Shown here piece after piece: positions 35,363-48,000 of a stretch of DNA of 64,000 nucleotides. The stretch comes from Mobula hypostoma (Eukaryota), in assembly GCF_963921235.1 (NCBI RefSeq), contig NC_086097.1, positions 60,080,001-60,144,000 on the forward strand. The letters run 5' to 3'. A program made the position numbers and the translations under genes. Every line of letters starts with the position of its first letter. Positions within the stretch are counted from its first letter, which is position 1. The notes beneath the pieces were generated by a model, which worked only from the letters and a program-made list of their open reading frames with translations, had not been told where the DNA came from and made no database searches.

Positions 35363-38300
35363 AGCCAGTTGCAAAATTGGGGGAGAGCGGGATTACGGTC
35401 CCAAATCAGGAAAATGCTTGGTAAACAGTTGTGAGCTCAGAGAAGAAAGAACTTAAGCCCAGAGCCAAAATTGGGCCAGAAGCAGAAAGGTCTTCGAGTG
35501 GCACGACTTCCAAACCCTCCCTAGTAATCTGTTGAGAAACTTTTTGCCTGTCCAGCAGAGGAAAGACCAATGCCTGTAGATGTCTGTTGAGACAATCATG
35601 TTGCCTGATTCACCTGTCTCCCCATCTAAGCAGCCCATTCACCCTTCCTACTCTGCTGTGGAAGGGTCTCAAGTTGCCTTCTTATCAACATAATGACAAT
35701 TGGGAACTGTCTCCTCAGGTTTGAGAGGATGGCTTGGATGGATATGGCAATGACTAGGGGAGGAGTGGGCCTGCCAGCTACTGCCGCTACTGATGGGTAA
35801 AGCTCCCGATGAAGAGAGGTCCAACAACTGTCCTGACCTGAAGGAGGCTCTACCGGCTAAATTTGACACCTCAGCAGAAACCTATCGCTAACACTTCCAT
35901 TCCAGTACTCTACCACGAGAGTCACCCACTGAGACGTAGCTTTGCCTGATGGTTCTCTAATACCGATAAACCTGACCAGAACAGAAGTCCAAGGAGAAGA
36001 TTGTTGTGGCTATTTTTCTGGAGCAGCTGCTACGAGTTCTTGCTTCAGACACCAGAACATGAGTCAGAGACCATGAGCCAGGGGTTGAACTTACTGTGAC
36101 CTATAAGGGGGCATCATCATGACCATCATTCCAAAGCAACAGAGACTCTCACCCTCCAAGGGACTCTCAGGGTAACTCTGTGGAATTGGGAGGGTGGGAG
36201 AAAAGAGGGCAAAGAACCTTTGATAGTTTCTTTAAGACTTGTATTGCTACCATTGTCAGCAGCCAGATCATGAGTCCTCTGTGTGTCCTCTCAAGAAGCC
36301 CAAATTGTCAGGTGTTTGCTGTTTACTAAGATAGGGGGAATATGATAATGATGATGATAAGGACTGTAATGATTGTGGGTATGGTAATGGAAAACAAGCA
36401 GAAATTGAGGAGAAAGAGCCTGTGTTTATAATAGCCAAAGTTAATGGAAAACCTGATAAAGTGCTTTTAGATTCTGGCAGATCATTTAATTTATTAAGGA
36501 AAGTCATGCCCTGCCTTTGGTGTTGACTAAAATCACCAATCCCCTGTCCAATGTGTCCACTGAGCAGGATGATCACAAGTATTTGATGAAAGTAGGGCTG
36601 CTGGAGAAACTACCAGTTGGCATGATTCTGTGGAGAGATTTGCCTGTGTTACATGAGTTACCGAGGAATGGAAATAGACAATCACACCCATCTGTTAATC
36701 CAGGAGTAGATAGTATTGTTTTTTCTTTATTTTGTCAAGAATCATGCTAAAACCAAAGCAATGGCCAGGTTACAGACTCTACCTGACTTGTATGCTAGTC
36801 TGTGCATGAGAGAACCAAAAGGCCTTGAAAGTCATTCTGGCAATGGTGCCTTGAGAAATTTGCTAGTTCTCCTGCCTCTGTTAATATTTGAACAGATATT
36901 GTATCCATTGATGGTAATATTAAGGGGGTGTTAAAAGGGATGTGCCACAGGACATTGACACACTCCAAAGGTCAGATCCTTCTTTGAAAGGTCTGTATGA
37001 AAATGTTTTAGCTGGGGACAATCACACTGCATACTCCGGAGGCTCAGCTTTTAGCATTCACAGCCAAATTCTGTACCTGGTTAAAGATTCAGACTGCAGA
37101 AGAATGGTGGTTTGCAGACCATTGGTACCATTTGGCACACAGAATACCACAGGTGGGGCACCTTGGGCAACATAAAACTTGCCTAAGATTAGGTAGTCAA
37201 GTTTTCTAGCCTCGCATGCGCACTGATGTGCAAACATATTGCAACACATCTACAGAGTGCCAAAAATCTAGTGTTCTCTGTAGCTCTGACCATCAGGGGT
37301 AAAGAAGGTACTGGAAGTATTAGATTTATTAGCATTTGGAAAACAACAGTCTAATAAGGAAGAGTTATCGCTTTTCATAGGCCAAATTGTATCCTACTAA
37401 TTTGATTGAGATTTTTGAGGAGGTTTTGCTAAGTGCTTTGGTGTATTCTCAAGATTGCACATGGGAAGCAAAGCTGGAACAGCCACAGTTGGAGCTGACC
37501 CTAATGTTATCGCTTCATCTTAATGCTAACTCTTGCTGAAACCAACTGAGTGCGAGAACGTTCACTGCTAACAGCCTAGTTGTAGAGGCAATGACTTGGA
37601 TTGACTTTCCATCCTCTAAAAGCACTGCAGCTGTGACACTTCCATCATCGCTTTCTGCATCATCACATTGAGATGTGTCAGATGAGAGTTCACAAACTTG
37701 TTTGACTGCATTAAGATCCCTTCCAAGGGTCCTTTATCTCAATCTAATCCAGTTCAATAATTTTTTTTACCAGAAACGAAAGCATATTTGTGAAGCTGAA
37801 ATTTATGAGGCACAGAATATCCATGGTTTTGATATGAAAAGCCTCATTTTTAGTTTCACCCTTTGATCATGAAAAAATAGTCTTTACTGTACCTGAATAA
37901 AACAATTTATCTTTAAATCATCTCATGAACTCAGTTTATCTCCTCTAGCCTTAAATGCTTTAGATTTCCTCCAAGGAATTAAAATTTCAAATCCTACATT
38001 TGTAAGAAAGGAATATAAAGTAAATATTACTAAAATAGAGGCATGCTTATTCCTTCGCCTCTGTAATAAGGTACCTTCTATAAAGTAATGCTCTATTTTC
38101 TAAATCAAAGTCAAATTATATGTTGAATTATCTATTGATTACTTTAGAAATGAAATAACTCTTACTACAGCATCTAAATTGGACCTTTTTCAGAAGCTGT
38201 TATTGAAATTACTTGTTTGAGGGAGCTGAAGATAACTCTAATCAGCTGTCCAATGCATCGTTCAAATAATTACTGCATAGTTATTAACAGAACTATCATA

Positions 38301-40539
38301 GTCCCAAATGCAATGTATACGAAAAGCTGGCTGTTCACCATCTCCTTAAAGTGAGTTACAAATGTACTTAGTATCATGTGGTTCTGCCTCTTAATGGTAG
38401 TTTGTAAAATGATAGCACTACATGCTAAAGCAGCATCATAACTGTTCAGGTAGTTATTTTTAAGACTGCTTTAATAAGACCCTTTAGTTTAAAATTCAGT
38501 AAAACTAATTGATGTTCTCCAGTGTTCCTCATGTAGCACCTTTTTAGCTGTCTCCTTTTCTCTCACTACATTCTGTATTTTTCTTTTTTTATTTTGCTTC
38601 AGAATTCCTTGTGTTTTATATTTCCTTTCTACTTGCTTTCACAATATTGTTTCCTCACACCTTTTCTGCTTTGACTTTTCCTATATATTTTTTCCTCTTT
38701 GCATCAACCCCACCCCCTCACTTCAGTTTTCCAGAGGCATCTTTTAACTTCTGAAGGCTAGGTCTCAGAGTGAGTTGGCAGCCACCATGTTCTGAATTAT
38801 TAAGGCCTGAGTGTGGGTGTGGATGAACCTGTGACAAGCCTGTGGAAGATCATCTAGAAGATGCTACAACACAAGATGGTAAAAAAAAACTAAGAGCCAT
38901 GGCCAGAGAGGATAAACCATTGCTTGATTCCAGTATAATCAATGATTCTGAAGTAAACCATACAGATGTGTAAATTTCCAAGTATTTACTGAGTTCATGC
39001 AGTTATTGTACATTACTAATAATTACCACTGTAAACTAATAACGCACGTGCTTCTAACTGCAACTTCACTTGGTTTGAATTGAACACTGGGCTTACAGTC
39101 TTGGTTTATGGTTCAAAGGGAGTTATATATTCTCTCAATAGAAGATGCACTGACTAAAACAACCAGATTTTTTTTTATTTTCCACTGCCTGCATAAGGGC
39201 TTTTCAGAACCTGATAGATTCTACAATTACACCAACCCCCTCATTGATAATGAAACAAACAATAGCAGGGGTCCTCCAAACCGAGCCACTAATCATAACG
39301 CTGTTGCAGATTCTAAAGACTCCACAAGAATCAAGTATCTATTCATATTATTTTATTGAAAGTTTTGGTGAATTCTTCCATTTTCTTATAGTCTTACTTT
39401 TCTCATACAGTCTGACTTGCCTAATTTGACCTATTGCCAACTGATTCGAAATATCCTGTTTTCTCGCACTGCCTTTTAAAAAGTGGCAACTGGATTGAAA
39501 AAAGGGATTTTGGGTGCTGATATTCCAGACTCTGAGGAAGAAGGGAGTTGAGGAGATGAGTGATGTAAGCGTGGCAGCACTGAGGCACGGAACACTGCTC
39601 TGTCCTCCCACAAAACATTATTGTCCCTATCAATCATGGGCCATGAAATCATAGAAATCTTAAATAATGTTACATTATTCCTTCTCAAGAAGCAAAATGC
39701 CCTGCTATCATCTTGTTTTAGATTGGGAAAGAGCGATGATTGGCTTCACATCAATCAGTTTAGATTCAAAATAAAATATGTATAATCAGCCATAAATTAG
39801 GATATCCCACACTGTCACCTGAACAAGCTGAAAAACTGCTTCTGTGGATCTGCCATTAGACTTAGAAGGACTCATCCCAAGTTTTCCACTTAACGCTGCA
39901 CCCCACCAAACATCCATAACAGCCTACCACAGCAATATCTGAATAATGCACTGGGAAAAAAATTGTGACTTGGTCGTAGATACATAAAATTCAATGACAA
40001 CAACAGGATTCTTGAAAATATCATATTGTAATAGAAAAACACAAACCCTCCAAAAAACTTGGGTCATGATCACACCAAAAATGAAATATCTCCAGCATTC
40101 AATAGACAGGAACATCTTCTGCTTTTCTTTCTGTGAAATATAATAAGTAAAACAGAATGATTACATAAATGTCATTGTTCTAGTGCAATTTATCTTGGTT
40201 TGAATTATGTTTCCGTATTACAAAGTCAGCACGTGGAAGAAATAAAACTTTTTGCCGATTGTTTAAGCACTTGAGGAGAAATCAAGAAGTATGTCTTTAA
40301 AGGTTCACTTGCTCAGTCCCCGTCCCAGAAAATAAAGGACTCACTCACCCCACCAAAGTAAAAACTGAATACGTTGCTTTGTGATTCAGAGTATTAATTC
40401 AAATGTACACAGCTAAAGTACTGTAACAGACAAATCACATCATAATTGCTGGCACAGGAGAGGTTAAGGTATGAAATATTAAAATTTTAGAATGATCAAA
40501 AGGATACAAACCTGGATCAAAAAGATACAGACCTGGATA

Positions 40540-40715
40540 GGTCTGTAGTCTAGTGCAGTTTTTGTGTTTTTTTCTTACGTAGTTCAGTGTAGTTTTTGTA
40601 TCGTTTCATGAAGCACCATGGTCCTGGAAAACATTGTCTCATTTTTACTATGTTCTGAACTAGCAGTTATGGTTGAAGTGACAATAAAAAGTGACTTGAC
40701 TTGACTTAACTTGAC
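40540..40715 (+). mobile_element. Rex-type LINE 3' tail
   Basis: Ends tgacaataaaaag followed by (tgact)n repeats. Confidence 0.7.
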
Positions 40716-41520
40716 TAAACGCAAAGATTTGCAATACTTAGTTCCTTATTTCAGCTGATCTTGCTCAAAACAACACACTCACAAGTTAAATTGGAGTGGA
40801 ATTGTGATGCTTCGCAGCTTAGGCTGTTCCCATTTGAACTTGCACTTTGAGCTATGATACCTTTTTAGGCTGCAGATGCCCTCAGCAACACCTCAATATC
40901 CATTATTGTATGCTTGTCTTTTAATTATTGTGGAGTTCATATCATCCCGGGCCACCTCATAGAATCAAAACTTGTGAATTATTGCTCCAGTTCACCAATT
41001 CCTTGATCTATAATGAGAAAAGTGCGTAACGATGTAAGTCAGTTTGGACTTGATACTTGAAGGATGTGTCAGGTCTATTAGGAGTTTAGCTGTATTGTTA
41101 TTTTCTATTCGTTGACACGCATACTAACTTTTGTTTCACATGAGAAATGAAATTCTGAAATACTTTTGTTCATTCGATATTTCTTGCATAATGGAACTTA
41201 TAATTCTATCACAAAGGAGCTGTAGCCCAGTCTTAGACCGACAGTATAATTCAAACTTGTTCCCAACTTACTTAAGTATGCAGAGTGACAAATAGTTAAT
41301 CAGCAATGTATTTTAAAAGTGATAGAGACAAGTGGGAGATATAGCGATAGGCAGGCTAAGGTGGCGAAGAATGTCCAATGATTTTATTAGGGAAGGCAAC
41401 TAAAGATGGCAGAGCTAAAGCAGGTACAGTGGGTGCAAGGCTGGACTTTAGGCAGGGCTAGGCTGGGCTGCAGCCCAGGGGCCCGAGCTGCAGAGGGGCC
41501 CAAAATAGGTAGCTACAATC

Positions 41521-41897
41521 ATGGCGGACAAAAAAAAATATGAGAGTGGAGCACAGAAAAGAAAAAAACTAAACAAGAAAAAGAGGACCATGAGAAAGAA
41601 GCATTAAAAAAGACATTGAAATTGACAGAATTTTTTAAACCAGTTCTCGATGATGGGGCAGTACATCGCTCTTGTCACAGTCTGAGACCGGTGGACAAAT
41701 GGAGACATGTTCAACAGCTAGCGCTAGCACCAGCGTTAGCACAGGACCACCGTCCTTGCCACAGTCAGCTGCCAACATTGAAAAGGCAGAGAGCATGACT
41801 TGGGGATTCCTGACCACAGAGGCCTCTGAACAACCAAGTTGGTCTACCATTAATGTTAACGTTACTGCTACTGAGGATCCTTACAGCGCTGATCCTG
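41521..41897 (+). pseudogene. hAT transposase N-terminus
   Basis: Starts MADKKK.YESGAQKRKK (frameshifted in an A run) and includes KLTEFFK. Ends DPYSADP at the L1 insertion site. Confidence 0.75.
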
Positions 41898-42082
41898 ATT
41901 CTCAAGGAGGCGCTCATGGAGTGAAGTTACTTCTTGGGCTTCACTCCATTACCATTTCATTTTATATTCATGAGCACCTTTATTTAATTTACTTTTATCT
42001 GCACTAAAAGACTCATACAATAGAATTTTTTTCCCCTTTTCTTTTCTCTTTTTTGTAAGTTTGGATTCTGAATCTTGAAGAT

Positions 42083-42936
42083 ATGAGTAAAGAAGCAAGT
42101 ACAAAATCTAAACTTCAAGACCCTAAATCTGTTAAAGTCACTGATGGCAATGGGTAAGAGAAACCTGATCCCAAACAACCTGAATTAACCTATGAGATAA
42201 TGTCGAATCTGCTCCGTGAACAATCTGAAGAAATACGCCTAAATGTTAGAGAAGAGATTAAATCAATTACGGATTCGATTAATGTTCTTGACCACGAAGT
42301 TACATGGCAAGAAAACAAGGTTACCGATTTGGAGAGGAAGTGTGGAACAGAGATCAAAAAATTGAGAGTTTGGAATTAAAAGTTTCTTTGACAGATAAAC
42401 AGCTGGTGAGTCTTAAATCCAAGATTATTGATCTTGAAAATCGATCCAAAAGACAGAACTTAAGTATAATTGGTCTGCTTGAGGATGTCAAGGAAGGAGA
42501 CCCTAGAGTATTTTTCTCTAAACTTCTAAAGGCTGCCCTCAGCTCTGATTTCTCGGATGATCTTCCATTGCTCAATCGTGCTCATCGTATTTCACGTTGA
42601 AAACCAGATTCTCAATCTAAACCCAGACCAATAATTATCTGATTTCATTATGTTCATGTTAAAGGACAACTAATTCGAGTGGCCCGAAAGCAGGGAATGA
42701 TTAAATTTCAAGACCATCAGTTTCGGTTGTTTGAATATTTCAGTCCTGAAGTGATGAGAGCACGACTGGCTTTCAAACCTCTGATGTCGGAAGGCTACCA
42801 AAAAGGTTTCAAACCAGCGTTATTGTACCCTGTTTGTCTAAGAATTTCTCCTCTGAACAGCCAGCAACGCTCCTTTAATTCTACAAGTGCTGCTAGATGT
42901 TTCTTGGATGAACTTGAATCAGATGCCACGGTCTAA
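42083..42936 (+). pseudogene. L1 ORF1 (coiled coil plus RRM/CTD)
   Basis: Motifs DLENRSKRQNLSIIGL, NRAHRI and FEYFSPEVMRAR...LLYP. Confidence 0.9.
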
Positions 42937-43803
42937 TTAATGTACGATTCAAGCAATATTGGTTTTGATTTTTTTGTTTTTTTTTTCCAAACCTATAATT
43001 CATTTATGAAGATTGACCTTTATAAGTTTAAGATTTCTGGTTTTGATTGGTAGCGTTGGTATTTTTTTCATATTTTACCTAAATTTTCCTTTATCGGCAG
43101 ATTCGTTTTTTTTCTTTTTTCCTTTTAATTCGTGAATTTATAAATTGCTGATTTCCAAAATAGTTGTTATCAGTTGGGTTTTAAATCTTTTATTTTATGA
43201 GGGGGAATATTAAGTTTTTTATCGTATAACCATGATGGTGTTTCGTCTTCTTCTTCCCACAATACCTTTTTGTTTTTTTGTTATTCCACCATCTTTTTGG
43301 GTTCTTCTTCCCGTAATACTTTTCCTTTTCCGGATGACCTTTTTTTTTATCATTTAACTATTCTCCCTTACAAACATTCAATATTTAATAATATGTATTG
43401 GTGTCTCTTTTCTATTATTATTTCAGAAAATACAATACAAAGGTATTTTATTTTACTGTATCTGTTAAATTTTTGACTTTCTCATTGTTTTAGGGTAGTT
43501 TTTCTTCTGTTTTGGATTTTAGGTGCTCTTCTTACCAACGTATATTTTGTGAGCTGCCTTCTTGAGAAATGGGGGTAGAATTAGTGTTAGTTAGCTTTCT
43601 GACTTTTTCTTGGCTTAGTTCGGAGTTTTTCCGGGTGGTTGGTGGGGGGACTTTTACTATTAGTTTTTTTTCAGTTGGGATAATCTAGAACTATAAAAAT
43701 GTCTTCAGTGTCGTACTTCCATTTCCTTTCCAAATGCTGGTTCCTCTTCCGATTTCATGAGTTTACACTTTGGTTAACTCTTTACATACCAAAAAGTTGA
43801 TTC

Positions 43804-46800
43804 TTGGTAAATTTTGCTCAGAGGATTAATTTTGTTTCTTGGAATACAAATGGATTAAATCATCCAATTAAAAGAAAAAATATTTTTAAAGTATTCCAAC
43901 GAATGAATGCTCATATTATTTTTGCTCAAGAAATTCATGTGAGGAAAGAGGATAATCAGCGCTTTTTTAAGTTTTGGAAGGATCAATAGTATCATTCAAA
44001 CTTGAATGCTCAAGTGCGAGAAGTTTCAATTTTTATAGATTCCTCAATTGCGTTTGTGCATCAGGATACTCTCTCTGACCTGAATGGTAGATTTTTGTTA
44101 ATTACTGGTTTACTTTTTAATAAAAAAGTTGTTATGGTTAATGTTTATGCCCCAAATGTGGATTATCCAGAATTTTTAAAGCAATTATTTACCTCCTTTC
44201 CTAATTTAAATGATTATATGTTGATAATGGGTGGTGATTTTAATTGTTGTTTAAATCCCTCGATGGATAAATCTATATCTACTCATGCTTTACCGAACAA
44301 ATCGGCTACTATTATCAACTCGTTCTTGATCAATTCGGGAATCTCAGAGATCTGGAGATTTCTACATCCTAAGGACAAAGAATTTTCATTTCTCTCACAT
44401 GTGCATCATACTTATTGTAGGACTGACTATTTTTTATAGACTCTTATTTAATTCCATCCGTGATTGATTGTAACTATGACATTATCGCCATTTCTGATCA
44501 TGCACCTTTGAATCTCTCTATCAAGTTAAGGGACATATCTTCTAATACTAGACAATGGCATTTTAATTCTAATTTGCTTCAAGATTTGGATTTTGTAAAA
44601 TTCATTAAAGATCAGATTGATTACTTTTTTTTAACTAATGCTATGGATGAAATTCCCAGTGGGGTTATATGGGATGCGTTTAAAGCATATATCCGTGGTC
44701 AGATTATTTCTTACTGTGCTGGATTGAAAAGATGTATTAAGAATGAAATTCTTGTGTTGATTGATAAGATCAAAGATATTGATAAAAAGTATGCCACTGC
44801 TCCCAATGAGGAGCTTTACAAATAGAGAGTTGAACTTCAAATGGAGCATAGTTTACTCTTAACATCATCAACTGAAAAACAACTAATGAAAACAAGAAGT
44901 GAGTTTTATATACACAGTGATAAATCTGGTAAATTATAAGCTAATCAATTAAAAACAGCTTCGGTCAAATGTCAAATTATTAAAATTCATAAACCTGATG
45001 ATACTTTGACAGTCTACCATGATGAGATAAATAAAACTTTTCAAGAACTTTATACATCTCTATATCAGTCAGAATTTCCTCAAAATCCCAATGAGATGTA
45101 TGACTTTTTAAGGAAATTGAACTTTCGGAAATTGACGTCCGAAGAACGTTTAAAATTAGAAAAACCTACTACGGGTGAAGAAATAAAGAGTGCTATTTCT
45201 TCAATGAATTCTGGTAAATCACCCAGTCCAGATGGTTATACAGTAGAATTTTTAAAGACTTTTTCTTCCATTCTTTCCCCTTGGTTGTGCAGAATTTTTA
45301 AAGATACAATTAGTAAAGGTAAACTACCACAATCATTTTATGGAGCCTCTATTGCCCTAATTTTTAAAAAAAAGGATCCAACTGATTGTGCATCATATAG
45401 ACCGATATCCTTGCTGAACGTAGATTCTAAGATTTTTTTCTAAAATATTAGCATCTAGGTTAGAAAAGGTATTACCTCAAATTATTTCTGAGGATCAAAC
45501 TGGATTTATTAAAAATCGTTATTCATCTTTTAATATTAGTGAATTGATATTAATGATTAATGAATATTGTTTATACTCCTTCACTTAGAACTCCAGAATG
45601 TGTCATTTCATTAGATATTGAGAAAGCCTTTGACAGAGTTGAATGGCCATATTTATTCAGTACGCTTGAGAAGTTTGACATCAGTCCAATATTTATATCT
45701 TGGATTAAATTGATATATCATACTCCTCTAGCATCAGTTTTGACTAATAATCAAAGATCTCCCTTTTTTCGATTATTTTGTGGCACTATATAGGGTTGTC
45801 CTTTAAGTCCTTTATCATTTGATATCGCTTTAGAACCAATAGCAATTGCTATCCGAGACTCACCAAATATTTTATGTATTATTCGTGGGAATGGGATACA
45901 TAAGTTAGCACTATTCGCAGATGATTTATTACTATATATTTCTAACCCAGAGAAATCCATTCCTGCAATTTTATCTTTGTTGGCTAAGTTTAGCAAATTT
46001 TCTGGCTACAAACTGAATCTTAATGAGTGTGAACTTTTTCCGTTAAACATGCAGGTCCCAAATTATAAATCCTTACCATTTAGATTAGTTACTGATTATT
46101 TTACTTACTTAGAGGTAAAAATCACCAAGAAGCATAAGGATTTATTTAAGGCTAATTTTTTTTCCCTTTATTTGATCAAATTAAATGTTTGTTTACTAAA
46201 TGGTCACCAATGACGTTGTCTTTAATTGGTCGGATCAGCGCTGTCAAGATGATGATTTTACCTAAGTTTCTATATTTATTTCAAGCATTATCTATTTTTA
46301 TCCTGAAATCCTTTTTTGATAATGTTGATTCAAAAATGTCTTCATACATATGGCAGAATAAAAAACCTAGACTAGGTAAAAGATACTTTATACTTTATTG
46401 TCGCCAAACAATTGGTACTGGAACATACAATCATCACAGTGATATTTGTTTCTGCACTTCACACTCCCTGGATTACAAATATTAAACATTAAAAATATTA
46501 AAAATAGTTAAAACTAGTAAATATTAAAAATTTAAATTATAGATCATAAATAGAAAATAGAAAAATGGGAAGTAATGTAGTGCAAAAAAACCTAGAGGCA
46601 GGCCCGGATATTTGGAGGGTACGGCCCAGATCCGGGTCAGGATCTGTTCAGCAGTCTTATCACAGTTGGAAAGAAGCTGTTCCCAAATCTGGCCATACTT
46701 ACAGAAGCCCAAAAAGGAGGGCGGTTTAGGATTGCCAAACTTTAGATTTTATTATTGGGCAATTAATATTCGTTATTTAAAATTTTGGACATGGAATTGG

Positions 46801-47901
46801 GACACAGTTTCAAGTCCACAATGGGTTAATCTTGAATGCAAATCTGTTTCAGGGTTTTCATTGGGTTCTATTTTACGGACTCTGCTTCTCTTTGGTTTTT
46901 CTAAATTGGGCAAACATATGGATAACCCAATAGTTAAATATACTCTTCGAATATGGTTTCAGTTTCAAAATTTTTTTAGATTGAATCAATTTATTTTACC
47001 AAGCCCTATTCTATTAAATTTTCTTTTTCAACCCTCTTTTTGGATCAAGCCTATCTAGTCTGGAAAAATAAAGGTATAATACATTTTCTGATTTATTTTT
47101 GGATAATTGTTTCATGTCTTTTAAACAATTATCTAATAAATATAATTTACCTAGATCCCATTTCTTTAGATACTTACAGATTAGAAACTTTTAAATACTG
47201 TTCTTATTACCTTTCCGATTTCATATTCATCAGATATAATGGAAAGAATTCTAGATTTAAATCCTTTTCAGAAAGATTCAATAGCAATTATTTATAATAT
47301 GATTATGAAAATAAATCCAGATGTATCAAATTCAATTAAGAATGACTGGGAAAGTGAACTTAAGCTTACTTTACCTAAAGAGAAATGGCAAAACATTTTT
47401 CAGTTAGTTAATTCTTCCTCTATATGTGCTAAACATGCGTTGATACAGTTTAAAGTTGTGCACAGGGCTCATATGTCTAAGGATAAATTAGCTCGTTATT
47501 GCTCTCACATAAATCCTGTACGTGACAGATGTCATTCTCAGATAGCCTCATTAACTCATATGTTTTGGTCATGCCCTTTGCTGAAGAAATACTAAGACGA
47601 CATCTGTGATATTATTTCAACTGTTTTGAATGTTGATTTACAACCTCATCCTGTTACTGCAATCTTTAGTTTACCAATGATAGAACAACATCATCTGACC
47701 TCCTCAGCTTGTCAGATCATTGCTTTTCTTACACTAATGGCTAGAAGATCCATATTATTGAATTGGAAAGAGATTAATCCTCCTACTACATTTCAATGGT
47801 TTTCTCAAACTATGTCTTGCTTAAATTTAGAAAATATCAGAAGCATCATTTACGACCCTTCTATTAAATTTGAAGAGATTTTATTTAATACTTTCATATG
47901 A
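43804..47901 (+). pseudogene. L1 ORF2 (APE endonuclease, RT, C-terminal zinc knuckle)
   Basis: Motifs SWNTNGL, VNVYAPN, GGDFN, SDHAP, SYRPISLLNVDSK, SLDIEKAFDRVEW, LFADD and SLTHMFWSCP. Multiple stops and frameshifts. Confidence 0.93.
46389..46694 (-). mobile_element. 5'-truncated Rex tail inserted in L1 ORF2
   Basis: TSD atactt at 46383-46388 and 46695-46700. It is the reverse complement of 51312-51640. Confidence 0.9.
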
Positions 47902-48000
47902 CGTGATTTGACCCTTTCCAATTCTATTTTGTTACTCCATATACAGGGAGAGGAGCGGAGTTAATGACACTGATGGTTTTATCTGAGATATCATAATAAC

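Larger units (their letters stand above)
34540..37280 (+). mobile_element. Gmr1-like LTR retrotransposon, 5' half (LTR, PBS, gag with SCAN, CCHC, protease, integrase N-terminus)
   Basis: tgtgatgg start; tRNA-Leu PBS; EEWACQLLPLLMGKA; SCAN-like PEQKSKEKIVVAIFLEQLLRVL..RT*VRDHEP; CYHCQQPDHESSVC; VLLDSG; LAHRIPQVGHLGQHKT...DVQTYCNTSTECQK. Confidence 0.85.

Noticed and set aside
40494..40538. Two ~21-bp tandem copies (gatcaaaaggatacaaacctg / gatcaaaaagatacagacctg)
   Set aside because: A simple local duplication beside a LINE tail. It has no spacers, so it is not CRISPR-like.
46612..47058. 148-aa ORF with a novel-looking N-terminus
   Set aside because: Antisense Rex tail fused by chance in frame to L1 ORF2 (LQKPKKEGGLGLPNF).
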